DNA from: Macrostomum lignano
Taxonomy: Eukaryota
Length of the DNA stretch: 64,000 nt
Direction of reading: 5' to 3'
NCBI GenBank assembly: GCA_002269645.1
Contig: NIVC01001556.1
Span: 240,673 to 304,672, forward strand
Shown: positions 1 to 13,000 of the stretch, in pieces
Layout: each line of letters begins with the position of its first letter
How positions within the stretch are numbered: position 1 is the stretch's first letter
The notes under the pieces: model-generated
Databases searched by the model: none
The model's input: only the letters and a program-made list of their open reading frames with translations
Told to the model about the DNA's origin: nothing
Translations under genes and position numbers: made by a program

Positions 1-171
1 CACAATCTAGTTTTTCCATATTTCACGATTATTCGATACGCGTGTTGCAACTCTAAATTATACTGGCTTCCTGTTTCCTTCATCACGACTCCTTCATCAG
101 GTAGCTGCTTTAGTAGATTAGAGCCGAAAAAGGGGAACAGATCCTCGGTAACTTCGACTAGATTGCTTCAG

Positions 172-1020
172 GCTAATTCTTGACTGAATCTGAGCTAATT
201 ATTGACTGAATCTGGGCTAATTCTTTACTGAATTCAAGCTAGTTCTTGACTGAATTCTAAGCTAATTCTTGACTGTATCTGAGCTAATTCTTGACTGAAT
301 CTGGGCTAATTCTTTACTGAATTCAAGCTAGTTCTTGACTGAATTCTAAGCTAATTCTTGACTGAATTCTAAGCTAATTCTTGACTGTATCTGAGCTAAT
401 TCTTGACTGAATCTGGGCTAATTCTTGACTGTATCTGAGCTAATTCTTGACTGAATTCTAAGCTAATTCTTGACTGAAACTGAGCTAATTCTTGACTGAA
501 TCTGGGCTAATTCTTGACTGAATCTGGGCTAATTCTTGACTGAATCTGAGCTAATTCTTGACTCAATCTGAGCTAATTCTTGACTCAATTCTAAGCTAAT
601 TCTTAACTGTATCTGAGCTAATTATTGACTGAAACTGAGCTAATTCTTGACTGAATCTGAGCTAATTATTGACTGAATCTGAGCTAATTATTGACTGTAT
701 CTGAGCTAATTCTTGACTCAATTCTAAGCTAATTCTTAACTGTATCTGAGCTAATTATTGACTGAAACTGAGCTAATTCTTGACTGAATCTGAGCTAATT
801 ATTGACTGTATCTGAGCTAATTATTGACTGAATCTGAGCTAATTATTGACTGTATCTGAGCTAATTATTGACTTAATCTGAGCTAATTATTGACTGAATG
901 TGGGTTAATTCTTGACTGAATGTGGGCTAATTCTTGACTGAATCTGAGCTAATTCTTGACTGAATCTGGGCTAATTCCTGACTGAATCTGGGGTAACTCC
1001 CTGACGGAAATCTGAGCTAC
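172..1020. repeat. Minisatellite, 22-23 bp unit (CTAATTCTTGACTGAATCTGAG)
   Basis: About 38 tandem copies with point variants, read directly from the sequence. Confidence 0.95.
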
Positions 1021-1435
1021 TGCATGACGTAATAAATACAGATCAACGGCAGCTGCGTTTCCAGCCCAGTTTCCTAAAGGTCCCTGACTCTGTGTAAGTC
1101 TCAGGAACTCTGATCCAGCTTTATACTTACTAGTTCTGAACTCAATTTTCGAAACTATTTGTCGAAGGTAAGGCAGAACTTTACTTACCGTTCAGGATTT
1201 CCCGAATGCAAATAATTATGGGAATTTTCTGGAATTTTCCCAGCCGGAGATGCCCGTATAAATCCCTCCGCTGCACCAGATGGTCGCAGAAATGAGTTGG
1301 AGATTAGCTCAGTGAGGTCTTTTTAGATTAATGCACATTTGGCCTGACCAAACTGCCTTGATCAATGTTAAGGGATTTCACTATCGAGAAAAGGTGGGCA
1401 TTACTTTGCCCATATAAGCCCTGCATGCATGAGAA

Positions 1436-4400
1436 AATGGATTGCTAATTTACAGCCATCATGGATGAAGGTATAGAATGGATTGCTAATCTATAGCCAT
1501 CATGGATGAAGGTATAGAATGGATTGCTAATCTATAGCCATCGGGGATGAAGGAATAGAATGGATTGCTAATCTATAGCCATCGGGGATGAAGGTATAGA
1601 ATGGATTGCTAATCTATAGCCATCGGGAATGAAGGTATAGAATGGATTGCTAATCTATAGCCATCATGGATGAAGGTAAAAAATGGATTGCTAATCTATA
1701 GCCATCACGGATGAAGGTGTAGAATGGATTGCTAATCTATAGTCATTACGTATGAAGGTATAGAATGGATTGCTAATCTATAGCCATCACGGATGAAGGT
1801 GTAGAATGGATTGCTAATCTACAGCTTGAATGTATAAAATGGATTGCTAATCTATAGCCATCACGGATGAAGGTGTAGAATGGATTGCTAATCTATAGCC
1901 ATCATGGATGAAGGTATAGAATGGATTGCTAATTTACAGCCATCATGGATGCAGGTATAGAATGGATTGCTAATCTATAGCCATCATGGATGAAGGTATA
2001 GAATGGATTGCTAATCTATAGCCATCATGGATGAACGTATAGAATGGATTGCTAATCTATAGCCATCATGGATGAACGTATAGAATGGATTGCTAATCTA
2101 TAGCCATCATGGATGAACGTATAGAATGGATTGCTAATCTATAGCCATCATGGATGAAGGTAAAAAATGGATTGCTAATCTATAGCCATCACGGATGAAG
2201 GTGTAGAATGGATTGCTAATTTACAGCCATCATGGATGAAGGTATAGAATGGATTGCTAATTTACAGCCATCATGGATGCAGGTATAGAATGGATTGCTA
2301 ATCTATAGCCATCATGGATGAACGTATAGAATGGATTGCTAATCTATAGCCATCATGGATGAACGTATAGAATGGATTGCTAATCTATAGCCATCATGGA
2401 TGAAGGTAAAAAATGGATTGCTAATCTATAGCCATCACGGATGAAGGTGTAGAATGGATTGCTAATCTATAGTCATTACGTATGAAGGTATAGAATGGAT
2501 TGCTAATCTATAGCCATCATGGATGAAGGTGTAGAATGGATTGCTAATCTACAGCTTGAATGTATAAAATGGATTGCTAATCTATAGCCATCACGGATGA
2601 AGGTGTAGAATGGATTGCTAATCTATAGCCATCATGGATGAAGGTATACAATGGATTGCTAATCTATAGCCATCACGGATGAAGGTATAGAATGGATTGC
2701 TAATCTATAGCCATCGGGGATGAACGTATAGAATGGATTGCTAATCTATAGCCATCATGGATGAACGTATAGAATGGATTGCTAATCTATAGGCCATCAT
2801 GGATGAACGTATAGAATGGATTGCTAATCTATAGCCATCATGGATGAAGGTATAAAATGGATTGCTAATCTATAGCCATCATGGATAAACGTATAGAATG
2901 GATTGCTAATCTATAGCCATCATGGATGAACGTATAGAATGGATTGCTAATCTATAGCCATCATGGATGAACGTATAGAATGGATTGCTAATCTATAGCC
3001 ATCATGGATAAACGTATAGAATGGATTGCTAATCTATAGCCATCATGGATGAAGGTAAAAAATGGATTGCTAATCTATAGCCATCACGGATGAAGGTGTA
3101 GAATGGATTGCTAATTTACAGCCATCATGGATGAAGGTATAGAATGGATTGCTAATCTATAGCCATCATGGATGAACGTATAGAATGGATTGCTAATCTA
3201 TAGCCATCATGGATGAACGTATAGAATGGATTGCTAATCTATAGGCCATCATGGATGAACGTATAGAATGGATTGCTAATCTATAGCCATCATGGATGAA
3301 GGTATAAAATGGATTGCTAATCTATAGCCATCATGGATGCAGGTATAGAATGGATTGCTAATCTATAGCCATCATGGATGAACGTATAGAATGGATTGCT
3401 AATCTATAGCCATCATGGATGAACGTATAGAATGGATTGCTAATCTATAGCCATCATGGATGAAGGTAAAAAATGGATTGCTAATCTATAGCCATCACGG
3501 ATGAAGGTGTAGAATGGATTGCTAATCTATAGCCATCACGGATGAAGGTGTAGAATGGATTGCTAATCTACAGCTTGAATGTATAAAATGGATTGCTAAT
3601 CTATAGCCATCACGGATGAAGGTGTAGAATGGATTGCTAATCTATAGCCATCATGGATGAAGGTATACAATGGATTGCTAATCTATAGCCATCACGGATG
3701 AAGGTATAGAATGGATTGCTAATCTATAGCCATCGGGGATGAACGTATAGAATGGATTGCTAATCTATAGCCATCATGGATGAACGTATAGAATGGATTG
3801 CTAATCTATAGGCCATCATGGATGAACGTATAGAATGGATTGCTAATCTATAGCCATCATGGATGAAGGTATAAAATGGATTTCTAATCTATAGCCATCA
3901 TGGATAAACGTATAGAATGGATTGCTAATCTATAGCCATCATGGATGAACGTATAGAATGGATTTCTAATCTATAGCCATCATGGATGAACGTATAGAAT
4001 GGATTGCTAATCTATAGCCATCATGGATAAACGTATAGAATGGATTGCTAATCTATAGCCATCATGGATGAACGTATAGAATGGATTGCTAATTTACAGC
4101 CATCATGGATGAAGGTATAGAATGGATTGCTAATTTACAGCCATCATGGATGAAGGTATAGAATGGATTGCTAATCTATTGCCATCAGGATGAAGGTATA
4201 TAATGGATTGCTAATCTATAGCCATCATGAATGAAGGTGTAGAATGGATTGCTAATCTATAGCCATCATGGATGAACGTATAGAATGGATTGCTAATCTA
4301 TAGCCATCATGGATGAACGTATAGAATGGATTGCTAATCTATAGCCATCACGGATGAAGGTATAGAATGGATTGCTAATTTACAGCCATCATGGATGCAG

Positions 4401-5807
4401 GTATAGAATGGATTGCTAATCTATAGCCATCATGGATGAAGGTATAGAATGGATTGCTAATCTATAGCCATCATGGATGAACGTATAGAATGGATTGCTA
4501 ATCTATAGCCATCATGGATGAAGGTAAAAAATGGATTGCTAATCTATAGCCATCACGGATGAAGGTGTAGAATGGATTGCTAATCTATAGTCATTACGTA
4601 TGAAGGTATAGAATGGATTGCTAATCTATAGCCATCACGGATGAAGGTGTAGAATGGATTGCTAATCTACAGCTTGAATGTATAAAATGGATTGCTAATC
4701 TATAGCCATCACGGATGAAGGTGTAGAATGGATTGCTAATCTATAGCCATCATGGATGAAGGTATAGAATGGATTGCTAATTTACAGCCATCATGGATGC
4801 AGGTATAGAATGGATTGCTAATCTATAGCCATCATGGATGAAGGTATAGAATGGATTGCTAATCTATAGCCATCATGGATGAACGTATAGAATGGATTGC
4901 TAATCTATAGCCATCATGGATGAACGTATAGAATGGATTGCTAATCTATAGCCATCATGGATGAACGTATAGAATGGATTGCTAATCTATAGCCATCATG
5001 GATGAAGGTAAAAAATGGATTGCTAATCTATAGCCATCACGGATGAAGGTGTAGAATGGATTGCTAATTTACAGCCATCATGGATGAAGGTATAGAATGG
5101 ATTGCTAATTTACAGCCATCATGGATGCAGGTATAGAATGGATTGCTAATCTATAGCCATCATGGATGAACGTATAGAATGGATTGCTAATCTATAGCCA
5201 TCATGGATGAAGGTATAGAATGGATTGCTAATTTATAGCCATCAGGGATAAACGCATAGAATGGATTGCTAATCTATAAGCCATCAGGGATGAACGCATA
5301 GAATGGATTGCTAATCTATAGCCATCAGGGATGAAGGTAAAAAATGGATTGCTAATCTATAGCCATCACGGATGAAGGTGTAGAATGGATTGCTAATTTA
5401 CAGCCATCATGGATGAAGGTATAGAATGGATTGCTAATTTACAGCCATCATGGATGCAGGTATAGAATGGATTGCTAATCTATAGCCATCATGGATGAAC
5501 GTATAGAATGGATTGCTAATCTATAGCCATCATGGATGAAGGTATAGAATGGATTGCTAATTTATAGCCATCAGGGATAAACGCATAGAATGGATTGCTA
5601 ATCTATAAGCCATCAGGGATGAACGCATAGAATGGATTGCTAATCTATAGCCATCAGGGATGAACGCATAGAATGGATTGCTAATCTATAGGCCCTCATG
5701 GATGAACGTATAGAATGGATTGCTAATCTATAGGCCATCATGGATGAATGTATAGAATGGATTGCTAATCTATAGCCATCATGGATGAAGGTGTAGAATG
5801 GATTGCT
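1436..5807. repeat. Satellite array, 41 bp unit (AATGGATTGCTAATCTATAGCCATCATGGATGAAGGTATAG) with higher-order structure
   Basis: Period 41 (ATTGCTAAT at 1441 and 1482), about 105 copies. Diagnostic variant units recur at about 1820, 2550, 3570, 4670 and at 1741, 2471, 4590. Confidence 0.97.
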
Positions 5808-6321
5808 GACTCCCAGTTCTCCGTAAAGCAGCACCCCTCTAAGAGACTCCATTAGTGCAAAATTTGAGCTGCGTTGCTGGGAGCACGCATTGGACTTGGA
5901 CTTTCACCCTAGCAACAAAATCGCTGTAGGTAAAGCTCTTCCAAGTGAAGAAATTCCGCCTTCCCTGATCTTGGGCTGCAAGGGACAGCTTTTAGAAGTT
6001 GTCGGGCGATGTGGCTTAGAAAAATCGATAAACTTCCCCTCATGGGCCATTGTTCCCCCAGCAGCTGCCTCATCAACTCAGCTGTACACTGGTCCGTCAC
6101 ACTTTTTGTTAAAAAGTTTTCTTTTACTTGCTGCTGCTACCCGCGCTCTCCTAGCAGACTTTGCACAAACATATAATTGCTTTTCTGTCTCCAACTAGTG
6201 ATTTGCTTCAGCTGGTGAATGAGCTAGAAATGCTACTTGTAAAAGTTCAGTAGCATATTCTGCCTACTAAGCCGAAATATCTTTGTTTGAATATTATACC
6301 GTTTATTTAAAATAGACGCAA

Positions 6322-7340
6322 AATCAGTTCAGAATCAGTTCAGAATCAGTTCAGAATCAGTTCAGAATCAGATCAGAATCAGTTCAGAATCAGTTCAGAA
6401 TCAGTTCAGAATCAGATCAGAATCAGTTCAGAATCAGTTCAGAATCAGTTCAGAATCAGTTCAGAATCAGATCAGAATCAGTTCAGAATCAGATCAGAAT
6501 CAGTTCAGAATCAGATCAGAATCAGTTCAGAATCAGTTCAGAATCAGTTCAGAATCAGTCCAGAATCAGTTCATAATCAGTTCAGAATCAGTTCAGAATC
6601 AGTTCAGAATCAGTTCATAATCAGTTCAGAATCAGTTCAGAATCAGATCAGAATCAGTTCAGAATCAGTTCAGAATCAGTTCAGAATCAGTTCAGAATCA
6701 GTTCAGAATCAGATCAGAATCAGTTCAGAATCAGATCAGAATCAGTTCAGAATCAGTTCAGAATAAGTTCAGAATCAGTTCAGAATCAGTTCAGAATCAG
6801 ATCAGAATCAGTTCAGAATCAGTTCAGAATCAGATCAGAATCAGTTCAGAATCAGTTCAGAATCAGTTCAGAATCAGTCCAGAATCAGTTCAGAATCAGT
6901 TCAGAATCAGATCAGAATCAGTTCAGAATCAGTTCAGAATCAGTTCAGAATCAGTTCAGAATCAGATCAGAATCAGTTCAGAATCAGATCAGAATCAGTT
7001 CAGAATCAGATCAGAATCAGTTCAGAATCAGTTCAGAATCAGTTCAGAATCAGTCCAGAATCAGTTCAGAATCAGTTCAGAATCAGTTCAGAATCAGTTC
7101 AGAATCAGTTCATAATCAGTTCAGAATCAGTTCAGAATCAGATCAGAATCAGTTCAGAATCAGTTCAGAATCAGTTCAGAATCAGTTCAGAATCAGTTCA
7201 TAATCAGATCAGAATCAGTTCAGAATCAGTTCAGAATCAGTTCAGAATCAGATCAGAATCAGTTCAGAATAAGATCAGAATCAGTTCAGAATCAGTTCAG
7301 AATCAGATCAGAATCAGTTCAGAATCAGATCAGAATCAGT
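6322..7340. repeat. Minisatellite, 11 bp unit (TTCAGAATCAG)
   Basis: About 92 near-perfect copies with occasional GATCAG, TCCAG and TTCAT variants. Confidence 0.97.
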
Positions 7341-7562
7341 TTAGTTTAAATCCCTTCAGTTCATTACGAGTTAAAAGTGAGTTCAGAGCAAAAGTCATAA
7401 TTAGCAACCAGATTGAGTTCACAATCTCAGCGAACAATGCTGTCTGCACGAGTCAAGCCCGTATATTTGAGATGCTGTTTGGATTGAGTTCACCACGACT
7501 CTAACTGCAGACTCATGGCGTCACTAGTCTAGTGTTTTTATTTATTAAAAAGATTTTAAGAG

Positions 7563-7886
7563 TCAAGCAGCCGAACGCCACCAGATCCGTCTGAAGCGCT
7601 GACCCAGTCGCCCTTGCAGGCGTCTCTGCTGCCGCATCAGCAGCTGCCCGATGCCGCGGTCGCTGGTCCATCGTCGAGTCTCCCGCTCGCCTGGTGGTTC
7701 TCCCTCATCCTGCGGAGCAGCGGGCCGCCGCTTGCCCATGGCCGGGAAGCCGGGACTGATGACGCCGTGATGGCGCCTGCCTGATCCGGCGAAGAAGTCG
7801 AAGCCTCCGGCGTCGACCTCGGAGGGAGCCAAGCTGATGGCAGCCACCAGCAGCAGCAGCAGCACCTGCAGCCAGGTGAATCGCAT
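7563..7886 (-). CDS. Putative neuropeptide (prohormone) precursor, 107 aa, single coding exon
   Basis: Hydrophobic signal peptide MRFTWLQVLLLLLVAAISLAPSEVDA, then GGFDFFAGS-G-RR and HHGVISPGFPAM-G-KR(R), i.e. Gly plus dibasic amidation/cleavage sites. Stop TGA at 7565-7563; AATAAA (minus strand) at 7546-7541 and 7542-7537. An alternative ATG lies at 7895. Confidence 0.8.
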   Translation of the reverse strand: MRFTWLQVLLLLLVAAISLAPSEVDAGGFDFFAGSGRRHHGVISPGFPAMGKRRPAAPQDEGEPPGERETRRWTSDRGIGQLLMRQQRRLQGRLGQRFRRIWWRSAA

Positions 7887-7995
7887 TGAAATCATTATTA
7901 ACGCTTGACAGATAACAGCCTGATTTTGCTTTCGTATTTCCTGCACGGAATTATCGCAGGCAATGAGGCCTGAACGGACCGCCGTTCTGGCTTTG

Positions 7996-8003
7996 CTTTT
8001 ATA
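7996..8003 (-). promoter_or_regulatory. TATA box (TATAAAAG) of the neuropeptide gene
   Basis: Exact TATAWAWR match 110 nt upstream of the ATG at 7886, on the coding strand. Confidence 0.5.
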
Positions 8004-8364
8004 TCCTCGCTTAGCTGTCCGCATTCCTCATTAGTGGATCCATCAATCGCTTTGACAGGTTCTGATAATCAAAGACTGTCAAATGGGCTCGTGCCGAACT
8101 TGGCTTTGCCGTCTCTTTGAGCTCGAATGGATACGCAGATGCGCAACTGCGCACTCCGGCGACAACTTTGTGGAAATACAACAACGTGCCAACTGTCTGT
8201 AATTATCAAAGCCTGAAATTTTGTGTCCTGTGTGAATGAAACTAACGGTGAATTGAAAGCAATTATCTCTTATTTAGGCCGTGGGGTCTAAATTTAGCAC
8301 ACTTCATGCTGTACTGCAACTGGTAATCCGGTTCTGACTGGCTTATTCCGACCTTGAAGTTGTT

Positions 8365-9205
8365 AATCCAGAAGTTTTTATCCCTAAGCCTGAAGCTTCA
8401 TCCATGATCCTGAAGCTTTCATCCCTAATCCTGAAGCTTTCATCCATGATTCTGAAGCTTTCATCCATGATCCTGAAGCTTTCATCCATGATCCTGAAGC
8501 TTTCATCCATGATCCTGAAGCTTTTATCTATGATCCTGAAGCTTTCATCCATGATCCTGAAGCTTTTATTCATGATCCAGAAGTTTTTATCCCTAATCCT
8601 GAAGCTTTCATCCATGATCCTGAAGCTTTTATCTATGATCCTGAAGCTTTCATCCATGATCCTGAAGCTTTTATTCATGATCCTGAAGCTTTCATCCATG
8701 ATCCTGAAGCTTTCATCCATGATCCTGAAGCCTTTATTCATGATCCTGAAGCTTTCATCCCTGATCCTGAAGCTTTCATCCATGATCCTGAAGCTTTCAT
8801 CCATGATCCTTAAGCTTTCATCCATGATCCTGAAGCTTTCATCCCCAATCCTAAAGCTTTCATCCATGATCCTGAAGCTTTCATCCCTAATCCTGAAGCT
8901 TTCATCCCTAATCCTGAAGCTTTCATCCCCAATCCTAAAGCTTTCATCCATGATCCTGAAGCTTTCATCCCAATCCTAAAGCTTTCATCCATGATCCTGA
9001 AGCTTTCATCCCTAACCCTGAAGCTTTCATCCATGATCCTGAAGCTTTCATCCCTAACCCTGAAGCTTTCATCCATGATCCTGAAGCTTTCATCCCTAAT
9101 CCTGAAGTCATCATCCGTAATCCTGAAGTCATTCATCCCTAATCCTGAAGTTTTCAGCCTTAATCTTGAATGCTTCATTCTTAATCCTGAAGTTTTCACC
9201 ATCCT
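8365..9205. repeat. Minisatellite, 21 bp unit (ATCCTGAAGCTTTCATCCATG)
   Basis: About 40 copies; produces the spurious MDESFRI and MILKLSS repeat ORFs. Confidence 0.95.
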
Positions 9206-9477
9206 TAACATGAATTAATCTCTCCTATTCAGATATTACTTTATTATGCACTTATCGCGCAGAGTTCATGAAGTCAGCAGCCGATTCTGTACAAAATCTA
9301 CCGAATTCTTCTGCGTAAAACAGCCGCTAAAATCTGGCAAGGAATATTGAATATAGAGTTCGAGGTGGCAAAGTGTTCTCCATTGCCTTCTGTAGTCAAT
9401 TCGATATTAAATATAAATATAAACAAAAAATTAAACATGTAATTAGCAGTAGCAGAAAGCATTGGGTTGGTCTCTAG

Positions 9478-9655
<178 letters not shown>

Positions 9656-10048
9656 TCGCAGTTTTTATTTGTTTCTTGTTAGCAACGCACTGAATGGCAA
9701 GCAGGTATTTTCCTCTAATAGTGCAGCAGCAGTAACAGGCCGTGCTCAGTTCCTCGTCGGGAATCTGCATGAGCTTTGATCCCCTCTGTCTCTGGGATGA
9801 GCAATCGCACGGGCTCATCCCTCCACGCCCGCCATTGGCCCGCCAGCGGGTAGGATGTTAAAACTAAACAAAAATCCTTGCTGGCAGCTCACGCGCTAAA
9901 AACTTTTAAAAAATTCGATACCATTGAACTTGGACAGAATTTCTTTTTATCGAGCTATTTATCTCGCAACTCGCTCGAAAGATTTTGCTACTCAGCAGCT
10001 GAGCACGCCTCTCGAATTTCGGAAGTCTCTTCTTCAAGCAATTTTGCA

Positions 10049-13000
10049 ATGCCGTCTTTGCTTGGATGGCTGCTTATTGCCGTGCTGTTGCTTTCGGCTC
10101 CGGATTTCCCGAAAGCGGATGCTTCAAGCCTGAAGGTGGCTGTGGTGCTCGAGAGCTCCGGCGCATTGAATCGCAGCCTCATTGACAACGCCTTCGCCAG
10201 GCGGGTGGCTACCAACTGGCGACTGAGCAGCGGCCGCAGCCTCCAACCTGTTGTGCTGGACGCTTCATCCGCAACTCCAGCATCCCCGTCCTGCTCTGCT
10301 ACTGCGGCTGTGCGACTCCGTGAGTTATTCTATTCAGACATCCCCGACTCAGACATCCCGACTCAGACATCCCCGACTCAGACATCCCCGACTCAGATAT
10401 CCCGACTCAGATATCCCCGACTCAGACATCCCCGACTCAGATATCCCCGACTCAGACATCCCCGACTCAGACATCCCCGACTCAGACATACCCGACTCAG
10501 ACATCTCCGCCTCAGATATCCCAGACTTAGACATCCCCGACTCAGACATCCCCGACTCAGACATACCCGACTCAGACATCTCCGCCTCAGATATCCCCGA
10601 CTCAGACATCCCCGACTCAGACATCCCCGACTCAGACATACCCGACTCAGACATCTCCGCCTCAGATATCCCAGACTTAGACATACCGGACTCAGATATA
10701 TCCACGACTCAGTCATCTCCGACTCAGACATCCCCGACTCAGATATCCACGACTCAGACGTCATTGACTCAGACGTTCCGACTCAAAAAATGTCTCCGAC
10801 TCAGTCATTATTGAACCATTCTTAACCCACTCAAGCCCTTCACTCCACTAACTGATTCTTCCCTAATCCCCTGTCCCCCCACCCCACAGTGTGCTCCCAA
10901 TCGAACCTGTCGGCACTGCTCGCCATCGGACAGTGCAGCTTCCTTGCTCAGTTGAGATCGGCGGCGGCCAGCCTGCAGTTGCCGACCGTGGCTCTGCCGA
11001 CACAGCTGTGCAGCGGGCTGGAGTTTGGTGAGATCTTTGACGACTAATGAGAGACTTGTTAAACATTTGATGGACTTCATTTAATGATCCTGAAGCTCAT
11101 TAATTGATGGACTCCATTTGGGGGAGCTGTCCTTGGAGGAAGGTATCCTTGGAGGGAAGTGTCCTTGGAGGGAGGTATCCTTTGGAGGGAAGTGTCCTTG
11201 GAGGGAGGTATCCTTTGGAGGGAAGTGTCCTTGGAGGGAAGTGTCCTTGGAGGGAGGTATCCTTTGGAGGGAAGTGTCCTTGGAGGGAAGTGTCCTTGGA
11301 GGGAGGTATCCTTTGGAGGAAGTGTCCTTGGAGGGAGGTATCCTTTGAGAGAGGTATCCTTTGGAGGGAAGTGTCCTTGGAGGGAGGTATCCTTTGGAGG
11401 GAAGTGTCCTTGGAGGGAGGTATCCTTTGGAGGAAGTGTCCTTGGAGAGAAGTGTCCTTGGAGGGAGGTATCCTTTGGAGGGAAGTGTCCTTGGAGGGAG
11501 GTATCCTTTGGAGGGAGGTGTCCTTGAGGGAGGTATCCTTTGGAGAGAGGTATCCTTTGGAGGGAGGTATCCTTTGGAGGGAAGTGTCCTTGGAGGGAGG
11601 TATCCTTTGGAGAGAGGTATCCTTTGGAGGGAAGTGTCCTTGGAGGGAGGTATCCTTTGGAGAGAGGTATCCTTTGGAGGGAGGTATCCTTTGGAGGGAA
11701 GTGTCCTTGGAGGAGGTATCCTTTGGAGAGAGGTATCCTTTGGAGGGAAGTGTCCTTGGAGGGAGGGTATCCTTGGAGGAAGGTATCCTTGGAGGAAGTG
11801 TCCTTGGGGAAGGTGTCCTTGGAGGGAAGGTGTCCTTGGAGGGAAGTGTCCTTGGAGGGAGGGTATCCTTGGAGGGAGGTGTCCTTGGAGGGAAGGTGTC
11901 CTTGGAGGGAGGGTATCCTTGGAGGGAAGTGTCCTTAGAGGGAAGCGTCCTTGGAGGCAGATATCCTTGAAGGAGCTGTCCTTTGAGGGAGCTGTCCTTG
12001 AGTTAGCTCGTAATTCCTAAAGCATTTAAAACTACGCAGACTACGGCTTGACTGGCAGTCATCAGCCCACCAGCCAGTTGATGGCGGCAGCGGCGGCGGC
12101 TCTGGCGGAGAAAGGCGTCACCGAGGCCGTGGCAGTGCTGTTCGATGGACGCCAGGGTGAGCGCTGAGCAAAGATCTGCCTGATGCGCTTTCTTCGAATG
12201 TCAATTCATTCCAGTGTATCTGCTCTTCCGGGTTGTGTAGATTTTTATGGGATCCTAGCTGGATCGAAATGGGATTCTGAGTGGGATTGCGTGGGCGAAG
12301 TGGGCGAGTTGGAAAAGCATTTAGGATAGGGCCGGTGTGGGATTCGGATGGGGTTGGTGTGGGATTTGGATGGGATTGGTGTGGGACTCGGATGGGGTTG
12401 GTCTAAGTTCTGTGGTTGGTCTGGGATTTGGTTGGGTTTGGTATGGGATTCACAACAGGTTGGTGTCGGATTCCTAACCGGTTGGTGTGGGGTTCCTGAC
12501 AGGTTGGTGTGGGGTTCCTTACAGGTTGGTGTGGGATTCCTAACCGGTTGGTGTGGGATTCCCAACAGGTTGGTGTGGGATTCTTAACAGGTTAGTGTGG
12601 GATTCCCAACAGGTTGGTGTGGATTCCTAACATGTTGGTGTGGGATTCCTAACCGGTTGGTGTGGGATTCCCAACAAGTTGGTGTGGGATTCCTAAAAGG
12701 CCGGTTTGATGGCTCAGCGTCAGTTCAGAGCCTGGAAGCTGCTTCAAGCCAAGCTTTGATGTCGGCGCCCCACCCGCAGATTCCGCCGTGCTGCAGCAGC
12801 TGCAGGGCGCTCTGAGCAGTCGGCAACTCTCGTCCGTCACCCTCCAGATCGACAGCCCGGCCTCCGGGACCGGCGGCCCGCGGTCCGATCTCGCGCTGCT
12901 GCTCAGCCGCTTGATGAAGAAGCGGCTGCGCCACGCTGTCGTGCTGGCGGAGTCGGCTACCGCGCTGCAGCTGCTAGCCGTGGCCAACTCCAGCGGCCTG

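Noticed and set aside
1436-5807. CRISPR-like regular 41-bp repeats
   Set aside because: Units are head-to-tail with no unique spacers, there are no cas genes, and the context is eukaryotic.
8343-9218. Long ORFs MDESFRI.../MILKLSS...
   Set aside because: Translations of a 21-bp minisatellite that is open on both strands.
9878-10825. 315-aa ORF with Asp-Ile-Pro-Asp-Ser or Arg-His-Pro repeats as a secreted repeat protein
   Set aside because: It is iGluR exon 1 reading through the GTGAGT donor at 10320 into an intronic 15-bp repeat.
11104-12020. Several overlapping ORFs of 76-288 aa
   Set aside because: All derive from the 16/17-bp intronic minisatellite.
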